A stretch of 61,972 nt of DNA, the filler included, from Basidiobolus ranarum (taxonomy: Eukaryota), in assembly GCA_040143965.1 (NCBI GenBank). It is 10 parts of 10 records of this genome, joined end to end, with 100 filler letters (N's around TTAATTAATTAA, not from the genome) between each part and the next. Parts side by side here need not be neighbours in the genome. Positions count along the whole stretch, not along the records: positions 24,879 to 30,988 come from JASJQH010008283.1; positions 31,089 to 37,195 come from JASJQH010008284.1; positions 37,296 to 43,393 come from JASJQH010008285.1; 7 more parts are not named here. One strand, written 5' to 3'. The notes under the pieces were generated by a model. The model was not told the origin of the DNA. It saw only the letters and a program-made list of their open reading frames with translations, and made no database searches. Numbering within the stretch: the first letter of the stretch is position 1; every line of letters starts with the position of its first letter. Both the position numbers and the translations under genes were made by a program. This document shows positions 26,290 through 37,383 of the stretch, piece after piece.

Positions 26290-26900
26290 GTGTTACTCCT
26301 TCAAACTCTGACAAATGACATTAAATGCCTTCTTGCATCTTTTCTTGTATGCTTCCAATAAAACAGTAAGAAGGGTACTTATCATCTCAAAGAGACTATA
26401 TCCCAAAGCTCCCTGGCTTCTAGCACAATTAGCATCTTGAACTCCCAGAAATTGCAATTTTTTCCATCAAGCTTTTCAACACTTGAGGTAATGAAATTGG
26501 TAGTAGTGGTTTCCATCTTGCTGTAAAGGCTACAACATGGGGCTCATAACACCTTGAGAAGATATTGGCCATTTGGAGGAACTTTAGAAAAGTAGTGTAG
26601 TGAATAGCTTTTGCGAGATAATTATTTATTGTGCAGAAATGAAGGATTTATACATTTTGGTGGAAATACAGAAAACTAAGACTGGGGTTGTGTTCTGCAC
26701 ATCTGTGGGAGTAAAATAAGCTGTCCTTGAGAAATTTGGACAGGTTTGAAATTTTCAATATGGAATTGCTAATTCTCACATTATTCACATATATATATAA
26801 GATATGTTCCAATTTGTAGTTAAGTGATATTTGACTAAGAAATATCAACTAACTTATATGTGATATATAAAATAGTTAGGTATATCAAGATAAAAAAACA
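26290..26900 (-). mobile_element. Copia 5' end: diverged LTR, PBS-like site, gag N-terminus
   Basis: The minus strand reads GTTATGAGCCC near 26550-26540 (compare the copia half-tRNAiMet PBS GGTTATGGGCCC), then METTTTNFITSSVEKLDGKNCNFWEFKMLIVLEARELWDIV. Confidence 0.75.
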
Positions 26901-27424
26901 AATATGACAAAATTAATAAACCTCAACAATATGAATAGGTGATTGTCTGTTTTAGCATCATTTCCAGATTCAATGTGTTTTTCTTCTGTTGCAATTCTTT
27001 TTAGGCAATATTTGCTCAAATGTCCAGTTCTTTTACAGTATTTGCAGAATGTATTACTTCTCTTCTTAAGATGCTTTTGACCTCTATAGGAAGGTTTCAT
27101 ATAGTCTACTAAACTGTTTTCTTCTTTCTTTTGGATGGATCCCATTTTGCATAAACATTCATTCAGAAGTCTGCCAAATACTCATTTTAAGGTTATATTT
27201 TCAGTACTTGATTCTAGAGCCAATACTAGCCTCTGAAACTCATGTGGCAGGCACTTCAGGTCTATAACTATGATATTGTGATCAGTGGTAGGTACCCCAA
27301 TGCATTCCATTTCATTGACCAAAATAGTAACTTAAAAAATTAATAATTTAATATTTTCTCCTGGCTTCATTGTTAAGTTAAAGAACTGTCTTCTTAGAAA
27401 TATCTTGTTGGCAGCAAACTTGTT
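26900..27424 (-). mobile_element. Second copia gag remnant
   Basis: ANKIFLRRQFFNLTMKPGE and zinc knuckle CKYCKRTGHLSKYC. Confidence 0.8.
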
Positions 27425-30400
27425 TGTCAGCTATCTTCCAAGGCTTATGGAAATACACTATGTGTGGGATGACATGATTGGTAATGTTTCATAGAATGTT
27501 CAAAGGAACATGACTTCCTTAGGATCACATAGCAGATATAAGGTCAAAATCTAATAACAGAAGAGTACTATAAGCAGTGAATGAGTATGCCATAATAAGA
27601 ATCATGACAGTTTCCCCTTCTTTAGTGAAGGCTTCTAGATATCAAAGGCCAGGTTTTTCTGGGTAGGCTTCATGAAACTCGTGCCAAAGTTCCTTAGAAT
27701 TGGAAAGATTTGTTGCCGGCTCCCATGATCCATCATTGGTTGAATATCACTTCCAGTCTGCTAAATATTACCATTTATGTTGATAAATTCTGGAATCTGG
27801 AATTTTGCAAACTTCATATTCAGCATGTTCTTCAACCTGGATTGCTGGGGGTGGGTCAATGGATTGGCCCTGGAAGGCATTTCTGGCATGTCGCTCTAGG
27901 AGAGACACATGGAATACATTGTGGACTTTGAAATGAGCTGGGAGTTCAAGGAGGAAGGCAACTGAATTGATTTGCTTAATAGTCTTAAAAAACCCTAGTC
28001 TTTAATGATCTAGTCTGTCACAAGGTCTGGTGGTTTCATATTTTTTTTGGAGTAACCTTACATAAACTCCTTACTTGAGATCTGGGCTTGGCTTTCATTT
28101 CTTATCAGCCAAGTTCTTGTGTTGAGTTTGAGCATGCTCCAACTCAGATATTAGTAGTTTATAGATGTCCTTAAGGAAAGTGGTATGGTCTGAGGCAGCT
28201 GTGCAAGGTAGATTGGATGGTGGGAGACTTGTGAAACCAGGATGGAATCAATAATTTGCAATTAAAGACGTTTATTTTGCTGAGATATGATAAGAGTTGT
28301 TGTAAACAAATTCAGCAAGAGGCAAGAGTTGTGTTCAATTAGCTTGATTATAGTAGATAGTTCAATGCACATATTGTTCCAAGACTTGATTGACTCTTTG
28401 TATTTGGCCATCAGATTAGGGATGCAAAGCAGGAATTGAAAGTGGCTGTAGGAGGCCATAGGGCTGATGTCTTGGAGTCTTCAGTTGAGCACAAGTATCA
28501 CAGGTGGAAACATAAGTCTTGACAAATGCAAACATTTTGGGCCACCAATAATCCCTGGATGCCAACATATAGGATTTGGCAACACCAAAGTGTCTTGCTA
28601 GTGGTGAGTCATGTCTTTCCTGCATGATTTTGAGTCTGGAAGTGTGGTCTGGAGTATAAAGGTGCATCTTATAAAATAAGAGATCATTGATGATAGAAAA
28701 ATGGTGGTAGAGATTTGAGTTTGAGAGGCCTTTGGGTGTATCCTGGGCTTTCTCAGTCCTTAGACATTTCAAGAGGCTTGATTCACTTTCACAAAGACCC
28801 AACAGGCAAAAGACACACCAATATTATAGTCAATCCCAGGGTTATTCAACCATGGTTATTGTACCCTTTGAACACCTTGAAAAATCCTTAGGATGCAGTT
28901 ATAGTTGCTGATTACACCCTAAAACAATTACAAAGGCAGTTGAGAACTCCACTTGTACTACAACAGTGAGGATTCTTAGGATTGCAACAGACTGTGATTG
29001 TGTGATGTACTCCATCCAAGTATTGTTGCCATTGCTCAAAGACAGCAACAATTGCTAACAGTTCCTTGTCATAGATGTCATAGTTGATTTCTGCTGCAGA
29101 AAACCTTCTTGAGTAAAAGGCCACAGGGTCCAATAAGTTGTCATCACCTTACTGTGATAGTACTACTCCTAGAGCAAAGTTGGATGCATCAGTTTCATCA
29201 ATTGATGGCTTGCCTAGCTTAGGGTGTGCCAGGTTTGGTGCGGAGGTAAAAGCACTCTTTAAACTTACAAATGCTTATTGGCAAGATGTGTTCTAGTCAA
29301 ATGGAAGTTCTTTGTTGGTACGGTTTGTTAATGGGTCATATATTTTTGAGTAGTTCTTGACAAACCTTTAGTAAAAGTTGGCAAATCCCAGGAAAGATTG
29401 GTCATCCTTTGCATTCTTTGGAGTATCTTGAGAGAGAACAGATCCAACCTTCTGAGGGTCCATGGAGAAGCCCAATGGGCTGATGTTATATCCAAAGAAT
29501 TCAACTTGAGCTTGGTCAAACTCACATTTCTCAAGTTTGGCATAGAAACCAGAGGTATTCAACTTTTCTGCGACTTGAAACACATGAATATTAGGCTCTT
29601 CTTGAGAGCTTGAGAAGTCCAAGATATTGTCAAGATAGATTTCTACCAATTGGTCAAGATACTCTCTGAAGATATCATTCATCATGTGTTGAAAGACTGC
29701 AGGGGCATTGGTAAGACCAAATGGCATGACATTGTATTCAAAGTGTCCATAGCAAGTTTGAAAGGCAGTTTTCCATTGGTCTCCTGGTTTGATTCTTACA
29801 AGATTGCAAGCACCTCTTAAATCAATCTTTGTAAACACCTTGGCTGGAGCAAGCTGATCCAAGAGTGAGTTGATTAATGGCAAGGGGTACCAATTTTTGA
29901 CTGTGATGCTATTGAGGCCTTTATAATCAACACAGAGATGGAGAGATCCATCCTTTTTCTTAAAAAATTAGATTGGAGATCCTGCTGGAAACTTTGAATG
30001 TTGAATCAATTCTTTCTCCGGACTTTTTGCAATATATTCTTTCAGAATATTGAGCTCTGTCTGAGTCCACCCATAGATAGGACAAATTGGTGGATGTTTT
30101 CCTCACTGTATATCTATAGGGCAATCATATGGGAAGTGAGCTGAAAGTGTATTGGATTTCTACTTGTCAAAGACATCAGGAAAGGCTAAATATTTGGGTG
30201 GTAGCATACAAACCATAGATTTGTTGGTTTTGACTCTTCAGCAACACTGTCAGTGGATATTAGCTTCATAGATGTTTTGAGGATTTAGGCTGATGGTGAG
30301 TTGGATACTTTGTAGGTTGGCAAATAAGGATGAGGAGGTGGAGCTTGTTTGCACATGATAATCTGCTTCTTCCAGGTGATTACTGGTGTGTGCTGTATGA

Positions 30401-30988
30401 GCCATGAGCTAATAAGGACAACAAGGGGGTGAGGTTAAGAAATGATATTGAAGGCTATTTCTTCTTGATGAGCAGTGGACATAAGTGTCATAAAGGTTGT
30501 CTCTAGTGTTACAGCACCTGATGATGGCAGCCTCCAATTAATTACTTCTACAAGAACTGGACTAGATTTCTTGATTGTTGGGATAGAATGGGATTTGCCA
30601 AAGGCAGAGTCAATGAAACAGGAGGGAGCACCTGAATCAAGAAGAGCAGTTGTCTTTATTGACTTGAGATTTGGTAGCATGAGTATAATGGGCAGCTTTA
30701 CTGATTGGTATGACTGCAGAGATTGCAATTGTTGATATTAAATCCAGGATTCTTTTTTGAGCAGGTTCTTGCTACATGTCCAAGAGCTTCACAATAGAGG
30801 CATAGATTTTCTTATTGCTGTTGGTATTTCCCCTGAAGGCTAAGCTTTCTGAATCAAGTTTGGTCAATTTCCATTGGGTCATCTGCTTGAGTTCTATTTG
30901 GTGTTTGAAGGAAGGTGGGTCTGAAATTAGATGAGGACGGAGAGAAGAAAGGAGCCATATTTCTTTACTGTTGTCTGTGAAACAACTG
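27425..30988 (-). mobile_element. Degenerate Ty3/gypsy chromovirus: gag knuckle, protease, RT, RNase H, integrase, chromodomain, PPT, 3' LTR (27425-27609)
   Basis: [34 protein letters not shown] integrase, chromodomain EYEVCKIPDSR...YLADWK*Y...SWEP (27642-27833), purine tract AAGAAGGGGAAAC, LTR bounded by TGTCA...TGACA. Many stops and frameshifts. Confidence 0.92.
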
Positions 30989-32447
30989 NNNNNNNNNNNN
31001 NNNNNNNNNNNNNNNNNNNNNNNNNNNNNNNNTTAATTAATTAANNNNNNNNNNNNNNNNNNNNNNNNNNNNNNNNNNNNNNNNNNNNAAACCATGACTA
31101 ACATTTTAATTTTACCTTTCATAATTCTGGAGAAAAGTATAGACCAAAGAGACAGAGGTAATTATTAATTAATATATAAATGACAGTATACACTAGTCAT
31201 ATGATTGATATATTGTTGATGTTTATAATGATGTCATCTTATGAATATGTATAAAGTATTATGTGAATAAAGTGTACTATTAGAGTGTACCATTATCATA
31301 CTTAGTTAATCTTAGCTTGGCAGAAATGATACTTGTGTCATTAGCCACTGATGTAATGGACGCTTATATGATGTATAGCCCATTAGATTTCAAATACCCT
31401 AGATAAGCAATTAAACAATCTTTTTAAACATACACTATTAAATTTATTGCATGACTGACAAGCTAATTTAATATACTCTCTAATGCTATTTATGAATATT
31501 TGCATAGGCGTCGTACAATATTCATGCCCCTAAGATTTTATATCACCAGCCATCAGATACTGACATATGCTCCTTCTAGTCATTACCTTCGGCAGCAATT
31601 GGCTATTCACCTCAAAGTCATGGCAGCTAGGTGAGTTTTTGAGTTAATATATTTACTCTTCTAAAGAATATTTCTTGGGTAATTTTCAGGCAATAGCAGT
31701 ATGCCGAGATCAGAATCATGACAATAGCTCAATATCTAGTTCCCAACTACATGACCAGAAGCTATTATAAGGTGGACTTACTTTAGCAATGTTCCAAGCA
31801 TTTAGGAGAAATAGACAGTATTTTGCATAGATAAGAGAGACATGTGATTGGCACTTGTATTCTTGAAGTGAAAATATGAAGTTACACATATATTGGAAAT
31901 GAACAAAAATGATACTTGATATTTTAAAGTAATATCCTAATTAGATGTTATAGCTTTAGATTCCTTCCATATTCTGTAAGTAAAAATTCAATATGTTCAA
32001 TATGGTAGATGGATATGTCATAACTAATATCTCAACAAACAGAAACAACAGGACGTATGATGCGGATGGTATTCCTGCCTACTACAAGCATTTTGATGAA
32101 TTCTCTCATGTGACAGCAGAGGGGTAAACATGAGAAATACCGAAAAGTCAATTTTCTCGAAATAAGCTTTAGTTAGTTTCAATTATTACTGTAGAGCCCT
32201 CCCTAATCTTCTTGGTTACTAGATACCGTTGAGATTATAGAAGTATACACATTTCTTAGACAATGCTGTAATTCAATAAATATTATATCTTCCATTTCTA
32301 TCATAGATAGTGGTTCCGTATATTACCATATTTGGAATTCTTCTGATGATCAGATCAGAAAAATTGAATTGGATTGAAAAATATATGGTAGACAAAGTAA
32401 ACAAATATAAAAATTGTGATAGATCTCTTCTATTAATCGGTGTCACA

Positions 32448-32972
32448 ATGATCGAATTTATCTTTGCTTTGTCCTGTGCTTTCTTCAGTGCCGCTATCTT
32501 ACTAATCTCCGCCACTAAGGCTCTTCCGGCTCCAACTATTTCCCAGGCCTCTAGTCATACAGAAACTTCCAGCGGACAAAGTAAACTTAGTAGTGTTGCC
32601 AATTTTGCTTCATGCTCACTTGATCATCACTAGAACAATGGTCAATGTACTGACCGGGCCGATGCTCGTTACTATCAACTCACCTGTAAGCACACCTAAT
32701 GGATGAGCGATACTCGTACCCGGCCAGGAAAAGCTCGTAACGCTAACGGGTGGGTAGTATCCAGTCAATCCCGAGTACCCTCAATCATTGACATCCAGCC
32801 CGGATACCAAGGTTGCGGCTCAACAGGGCATGTTGGTGTGGTAGAACGTATCAATAGTGATGGTAGTGTATATAACTGCAAGTTTGAATTTAACGGAAAG
32901 GGAGGTCTATGCACCACTTGATATGGCAACTTCAACCCTAGAAGTGGAGTGTCATTTATTTGGCACCAATAG
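32448..32972 (+). pseudogene. Secreted CHAP-domain (cysteine/histidine-dependent amidase) pseudogene
   Basis: One frame with three stops (32631, 32697, 32919): signal peptide, GQCTDRADARYYQLT (catalytic Cys), GWVVSSQSRVPSIIDIQPGYQG, GHVGVVERINSDGSV (catalytic His), GVSFIWHQ*. Confidence 0.8.
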
Positions 32973-33377
32973 ATGTAAGATGGGAAAAGTATACCTAGGA
33001 TGATTTTATTTAGAGTTATTAATCAATAGAAGTAATGAATAGAAGCCAAATTACTGAGAATATCTTAGGTGACATTTCGAAATGAAGATTTGAATAACTT
33101 GTAAAGAATAGGGAATCTCGAAAGTTAACCTTAAGTTACAAATCAAGAAACGAGGGATGTAATGAACGTGAACTAGACTAGTAATCCCTTAATGACAACT
33201 TTCCCACTGAATTTCAATCCTACTCCATACAAATCCACCTCCTTGATGGTAGAATATTCTCAATACACAATCAAATAGGTGGCTGATTATTAGTTTCGTT
33301 ATCTTCATTCCATAAGTGGTGTTTTTCATAATTAAGATTTAATAAAGTTTATTTCGTAAGTGATTGGGTTTTTCTAT

Positions 33378-34205
33378 TTAGCATTCGCCCAAATCCAACC
33401 AAGTGCCATCAGAGCCTGGAGTATGATCCTGAGTCCACCATTGAGCTTCCCATAAGTGGCCATCATAGGTACATCTTTGAGATTTGTTATAAATAGCTGC
33501 GGCATTCCAAGCGGGAACTCCGCTACAAATTCCAGTATCAGGAGTAGGTGTAGGGCCGGAGGTTTCAGTGGAGGTAGTGGGAGTTGAAGGGCGAATAGTA
33601 ATCGTGGGGCGCGCTGCCAAAAGATCTCTTCCATCATTGGGCCCATCCTGTGGGAACTCGGGAATGGTAGGATATCCTGGAAGGTTGACAACTAAAAGCT
33701 CTGGTCCAGTAATATAGCCGTTATCAGAACCCTTAATCTCGATATCGGCGCAGTTCATATAATACTCGCGATATCCAATTTTATTGATCCATGCCCAAGC
33801 AAAGACCACATCCTTACTAGAACCTGCAGTAGCTGGAATGGTCACCGAATAATCCAAAGAATCGATAATACAGTTGTTGTAAATAGTGCTTAATACGACG
33901 AACGTGTCACCGCCATCGTAAGAAACCGCAAACTGACAATGTCCACCACTGTGGGTAGCAATTCCGTTAAGTTTGACACTAATAGCGTCACCAGCCTTAA
34001 CGGTTTGAACAACCTTGCCTTGTCCATAACCCTTGCATGGATAAACCCCCAAAGGATTAACCATGTTGTAATCTGGAGTTTCGTCAAAAGTGGGATTGTA
34101 CTTTGAGCGACGAGGAGGTGGCTGAATCATCTCCATGTGAGAGACGGCTAGTGTTGCTAAGCTCAGAAGAACAGCAGCAGAAGGTAAAATGTTGGAGAAA
34201 ATCAT
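33378..34205 (-). CDS. Secreted AA11-like LPMO with C-terminal CBM5/12 chitin-binding module
   Basis: Signal peptide then His23, HSGGHCQ, REYYMNCAD, P/T linker, then AWNAAAIYNKSQRCTYDGHLWEAQWWTQ...PG...W; intronless. Confidence 0.88.
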   Translation of the reverse strand: MIFSNILPSAAVLLSLATLAVSHMEMIQPPPRRSKYNPTFDETPDYNMVNPLGVYPCKGYGQGKVVQTVKAGDAISVKLNGIATHSGGHCQFAVSYDGGDTFVVLSTIYNNCIIDSLDYSVTIPATAGSSKDVVFAWAWINKIGYREYYMNCADIEIKGSDNGYITGPELLVVNLPGYPTIPEFPQDGPNDGRDLLAARPTITIRPSTPTTSTETSGPTPTPDTGICSGVPAWNAAAIYNKSQRCTYDGHLWEAQWWTQDHTPGSDGTWLDLGEC

Positions 34206-35202
34206 TGCAGAGTAGTCAATAGAGATAATAGAATCGAGCTGAATTGGACTATACCCACCACATATCTCTCGGTATTTATAATGAAGCTCCAGTGCTCATG
34301 TGTTGACATTCAACAAGTGGAGGTCCTCAAAGAAGTCATTCTTTATCTTGAGAAGAAACTCTAGACCTCTCTAGATCGACTGGCTAAATTTACTAGTTTT
34401 TCAATTCCTTGAAGCCATAGAGCGCTAGAACATAGGATCATGTATATGCTGAAATGGCTAAATGAGTGGCGGTCCACTTCCTCATCTCTCTGAATTCCTA
34501 TTTTACTTGAAATGGAATATTCGTAAGTGCAGCGATATTGGCAGTAGTCCAAATAACATCATTAATAAATAGCAATTTGGACTCTGCTTCTCCCTAGAAT
34601 ATGATTAATAAATCAGCCTTCACACTCCGATGCTTTATTTGGGCCTCTGGTCACACCTAATCGGCAATTATGCCAAATTTATACATACTCCACAATACAG
34701 ATCCAATTTGGGTATGAAGAAAATAACGTTTATAACAGGGTAATTTTCGCTTAGGAAAAGGCATAGAAAGTGTTGCGCCGACCGCGAATGTATCTTTCTA
34801 CGCTCCAGGTTATCAGGTGTATGAATTCTGATTAGTACATATTGGCCAAAGTAGCTTTAATTTAATCTAAAGAACAACGAATAACTCTCTTTAGTGTTTG
34901 TTGCCTAATATAATATAGTTCTATCATTATCTAGAGCGCACCTGGATAATACCATTACCATTGAATGGATACCACTTAACTGAGACACACGCTAGACACA
35001 CTTTATACTAACCCTACGTTATATATACCAATTGATCAGTCAAGGCCGAGATTGAAGACTTCTCTAAAATTAAACTCCTATCGTAAAGGAAATAACATAT
35101 TGGTTTATTAACAATGATTGAATTATTTATAAATCAATATACTTTTTCCATGCACAAACATTAGGGTTGTTGGAATGGGAGGAAACCGGGGCTGGTTGAG
35201 AA

Positions 35203-36513
35203 TTACTCAATGGGATCTACCGGATTGATTCGCTGAACTAGCAATGGATCATGAGCAGTGAAGGGGAGTTTTGGTAATTTCTGAGTATTGGTACCAAACG
35301 CTGCAGCTAGTGTTTGGCGAGAATATCCACTAATCGACGCTTTATAACCAATATCACCTGGAGTATTCTGATCGAAAAAGATCAAGAAGTGTGTGTCGCC
35401 TTCACCGATGTTTTCGATATGATGTGGATACGCACGAGGGATAAAGTAAACATCTCCAGGCTTGAGTAGGTAGGTATCCAGGCCACCGCCTGGATTCATG
35501 ACTGTCATTCGTGCATGGCCCTTGGCAATATACCCCATCTCGGCGGTGATTGGATGCCAATGGGGCTCACGCATACCTTGATCAGTTATCCGTAAGGAAT
35601 ACATCGAGATGTCGTCCAAGATAGGCCAGAACTTCTTACGTGCAGTTTTAGCTGACCCAGCAAGTGAAGATATCGGTGCTGACATAGCTTCTACATCAAA
35701 TTTATGCGGATTATCCCATAGCGCATCGACGGGGATGGTGGGAATCGACTGTCGGTGGCCAATCACTGTATCATGAGTGGTTCGGTTAAGCGGTTTGAAC
35801 GCCTTGGCAGGTAGGTCGTAGGTATTTCCGAGTACGGCGTCAGACATGGCTCCAAATGCACCAGAAATACCAAAGTCCTCTGGCTTCTCAGTAGTTAGTG
35901 CGAGTACAAATTCTGCCTCTCCTTCTCCAGTATTTTCCAGGTGGTGCAGTGCTCCTGAGGGGACATAGAACATCTGACCAGCACCGATTGTAAAAGTACT
36001 GAATGCACTGTCATTTTCAAATACGGTAACGACTACTTGACCACGCAAGCAGTATGCCAATTCATTACCATTTACATGCCAGTGTGGCTCACGCACACCA
36101 CGGGATTTCAAGAGGATACGGCGGATAGACAGCCCCTTGAGAATTGGAAAATTATCTACGGTCAGGGACGTAATACTCCCTGTATCTGAGACAAATATCG
36201 GTTTCTGAGCAGTGAGCGATGCGACGTGCGGAGAATTCACCATTCTTCTGGTATTATATACTCGACGAAACCCTTTACTGGGGTTAACACTCCTTTGAGG
36301 GGCTCTATCTAGATGAATGCTCCTTCGACGGTTCTCACGGCTTTGGAGAGAGAAGTTATCCGGAATACCAGCATGATTTGCAAGAGTCAAAGTTTCACTG
36401 GGCGAGTTTTTTGTATTGTCAATAACATCACCATTTCCGGAACCGCTTGAATATTCCACAGCAAGAATAGTTGAGGTAAGGAGAGTCAAAGTCAAAGATG
36501 CAGAGAACTTCAT
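35203..36513 (-). CDS. Secreted bicupin, oxalate decarboxylase/oxidase-like
   Basis: Two cupin metal sites (REPHWHVNGNE...HHLEN and REPHWHPITAE...HHIEN), signal peptide, intronless. Confidence 0.88.
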   Translation of the reverse strand: MKFSASLTLTLLTSTILAVEYSSGSGNGDVIDNTKNSPSETLTLANHAGIPDNFSLQSRENRRRSIHLDRAPQRSVNPSKGFRRVYNTRRMVNSPHVASLTAQKPIFVSDTGSITSLTVDNFPILKGLSIRRILLKSRGVREPHWHVNGNELAYCLRGQVVVTVFENDSAFSTFTIGAGQMFYVPSGALHHLENTGEGEAEFVLALTTEKPEDFGISGAFGAMSDAVLGNTYDLPAKAFKPLNRTTHDTVIGHRQSIPTIPVDALWDNPHKFDVEAMSAPISSLAGSAKTARKKFWPILDDISMYSLRITDQGMREPHWHPITAEMGYIAKGHARMTVMNPGGGLDTYLLKPGDVYFIPRAYPHHIENIGEGDTHFLIFFDQNTPGDIGYKASISGYSRQTLAAAFGTNTQKLPKLPFTAHDPLLVQRINPVDPIE

Positions 36514-37383
36514 AATGGAAGATAATAAGAGCTAAAGAGATCGATGATGTTTGAAAACTGAGTTATAATAAAAAGATGAGAGCTTCGCCAGTTTATATAG
36601 AGATGCCGAGCTTATTTCTGAACTAAAAGTCTCATAAGATTATCGGCTCAAGGAACTAGAAGTGTTCAGCTCTAACCATTCATTATCGGAATCAGTGGCC
36701 GTTTTCAGCCTTGAGACAATGCACGTTACAATTTTGGTATTTTTGGCCATGTGCGATTTACGATATTCTTAGAGAAGCACCACGTGCACTATAAATATCT
36801 TTTGGCTTGGATAACTTGGATCGGATTTTCATTTACTAATATCTCATAATTACTAAAGTGAATCTTTCGCTTACAAATAGCTTCTTCTCATTTCTTTACA
36901 AGTTTATTAGGTTAAAATACTTTACTATCATTTCTACTATTTACTTTATATATTTCATCTTTCATTCCCAGTCTTATTCCACGTGTCCTCACACTTTACA
37001 TATGATTGGTAATTGTGTTGGATATTAACATGCTTTATTAATCTAGGTATTGGATCCATTGCGGATATTTAGTGCTGCATAGAGTCATTGGGATTTTCTG
37101 TTGCCTCGTATGAATTTAGGAGACCTTTTTCTTGAGACGACAGCCCTGCCAAACTCTTGTGTCCAGTAACTACCACGGGGATCGTATGCAATACCNNNNN
37201 NNNNNNNNNNNNNNNNNNNNNNNNNNNNNNNNNNNNNNNTTAATTAATTAANNNNNNNNNNNNNNNNNNNNNNNNNNNNNNNNNNNNNNNNNNNNTTTAT
37301 ACTGGGAGGACTGCATCCCCCAGACCCCCTCTTTTCATCCTTACCCTCCCTTACCCTTATCAGAACATCTATACCCAAATGAA

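Noticed and set aside
31500..32110. Intron-like signals (GTGAGT...TTTCAG, GTAAGT...AAACAG) suggesting a decayed gene
   Set aside because: I could not reconstruct a coherent frame or recognise a motif.
32631..32921. Stop-codon reassignment explaining the broken CHAP, ADH and P450 frames
   Set aside because: All three stop types occur, and intact genes in the window terminate with TAA, TAG and TGA.
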